Shown here: piece after piece, positions 62,316 to 64,000 of the stretch | How positions within the stretch are numbered: the stretch's first letter is position 1 | Layout of the letters: the number at the start of each line of letters is the position of its first letter | Assembly (NCBI RefSeq): GCF_963676685.1 | Contig: NC_092344.1 | Location: 3,224,001 to 3,288,000, forward strand | Reading direction: 5' to 3' | From: Mytilus edulis | Taxonomy: Eukaryota | Length of the DNA stretch: 64,000 nt | Made by a program: the position numbers and the translations under genes | Notes under the pieces: generated by a model | Database searches by the model: none | The model's input: only the letters and a program-made list of their open reading frames with translations | Told to the model about the DNA's origin: nothing

Positions 62316-64000
62316 GCAGGTGGATTTTTAGACATTCATTTTGTTCATTAAATTCCAGTATTTTGATCACGACCTCATTTTAATCTCAAAGGACATTGAA
62401 AACGGGAACAAAACTTTTGTTTGTGCAGTATTTATGGAACTTATTGTGTGTGTGCATGTGAAACTTCGAGAAAATGGTTGTTATTGTGGAAGTGCTAGGG
62501 AGTGTGTGCTTTGAATTATAGATCAAAATGTTTACCTCTAAACACAATTTGTATGATGTATCATTCAATGATATTGATATTTTGATCAATTGAAATGCCA
62601 CAACCATTTAATGGGACAGAATTTGTACATTATTCACAGTTATTTTTTTAATTGTGCAAAGCAATGTCTTTCATCAATTTTTGTCATGTCCCTATGATCT
62701 CGAAATCAATATTTCTTGTTATATTAATGTAATGTGTATTAATAATGCGATGTTATATTATAAATGGCAAAGCATATTGTACCTTAATGATCTAAGGTAA
62801 CTATTTGTTTAAAAATGTGTAAAAAAAAACTAAAAAAAAAAGAAAAAATAGAAATGAATATTGATTTAATATAAATTCAGCAAATTTAAGCACTAGTTTG
62901 TTATCTTTTTTATCAGTTACATACTGTTGCAGTGTCATTTACAGTTTTTGTTTGAGTAGTATAAATCAGTCAACTTGTGACAGATGTCACCTGATGTTTT
63001 ATCTGTCCTAAATTAGATTTCATTAAGTTGTTAATTAGATGTTTATAAAATCTGTACATTTTGTACCTTAAAAAGTTAATGAATTATATATAATATTGTA
63101 ACGAGTTTAGTGGTTAAACTACAAATTCTAAATTTAACTATATTTCGGTATTTATTTTCAAAAACAGTCAACCTTTCAGATCGAACCTAGATGAGAATTT
63201 GTTTTATTAAGAAAGACCAAAGGTTGATTAATGTTAGGCAGTAGAAGTTTAAAACAAAAACTGTAAATTGAATTGCAGTGAACATATATTGGAGTTACTA
63301 TGAATACATATTGCATGCAGCAACTTTTCTGCAATATATAATTGCACACATCCATGGGACAGGGTAAAAAAGTATTTTTTTAGTACAATGAAAAAAGAGT
63401 TACTACAATGTCGTACACTATGTCAGTCTGACTTCCTCCTTGTTAATGTTTGGTTTTATTCTTGAGTTGGTAGGTTGGTTTATTTGTTTTGATTAAAACA
63501 TTTATGAAAGAACATACATGTACATGTTCAAATGAAGGTTGTATGGTGACCTATAGTTGTTAATTTCTGTGTCATTTGGTCTCTTGTGTAGAGTTGTATC
63601 ATAGACAATCTGCCGTACCAAATCACTTTATTTCTTGTGATCTTTGCATCTGTATCAGGATAAAGCTTTTGATAAAAGATTTAAAATACGGAGATGTGTC
63701 AAGACTTAGAGCAAAACCTGTTCTCTAAATATAGTTGGATATAAAAAGCCCTGACATGACAAATTGTGAAACATATGTAGTTGGATATAGAAAGTCCTGA
63801 CATGACAAGTTGTGAAACGAGATACTTTTTTGGTATTTATAACAGACTTATGACTGAAGAGTTTATAACCTTTTGACAGGTTTACGCTCTATGGTTGGAG
63901 TCTTGGACTATCAGATAGTGATACTCAGTCTGGCAAGAAACATGAGAAATGTAAGATTGAGCTTATAATTGATGCCAGTTTGGGAAAACATTGATGAATT

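Overview
AT-rich, intron-containing eukaryotic DNA. The repeat families suggest a bivalve, probably Mytilus-like, but that is an inference. Protein-coding content: (1) two tandem melatonin-receptor-like class A GPCR genes on the minus strand, one complete (2 exons, 347 aa) and one with only exon 1 in the window; (2) a complete 9-exon NAMPT gene (+, 36060-49319, 476 aa); (3) a 2-coding-exon CD225/dispanin membrane protein (-, 153 aa); (4) an intronless BTG1/2-like gene (+, 158 aa) with a CArG/CRE-rich promoter. The rest is mostly 5'-truncated Penelope-like (Naiad-type) retroelement fragments, MITEs and satellites. Main finding: the 3' regions of these retroelements carry a ~90-100 nt motif matching a circularly permuted (type P5) twister ribozyme, with P1 replaced by two palindromes. 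About 10 copies in several sequence families covary in P5, P3 and the T1 pseudoknot, with a compatible change in T2. Also present are minimal hammerhead ribozymes in a 365-bp retrozyme-like tandem unit, further unassigned structured RNA modules, and a 4-kb satellite derived from 32 bp of RT coding sequence. All RNA structures were folded by eye and none has been tested.
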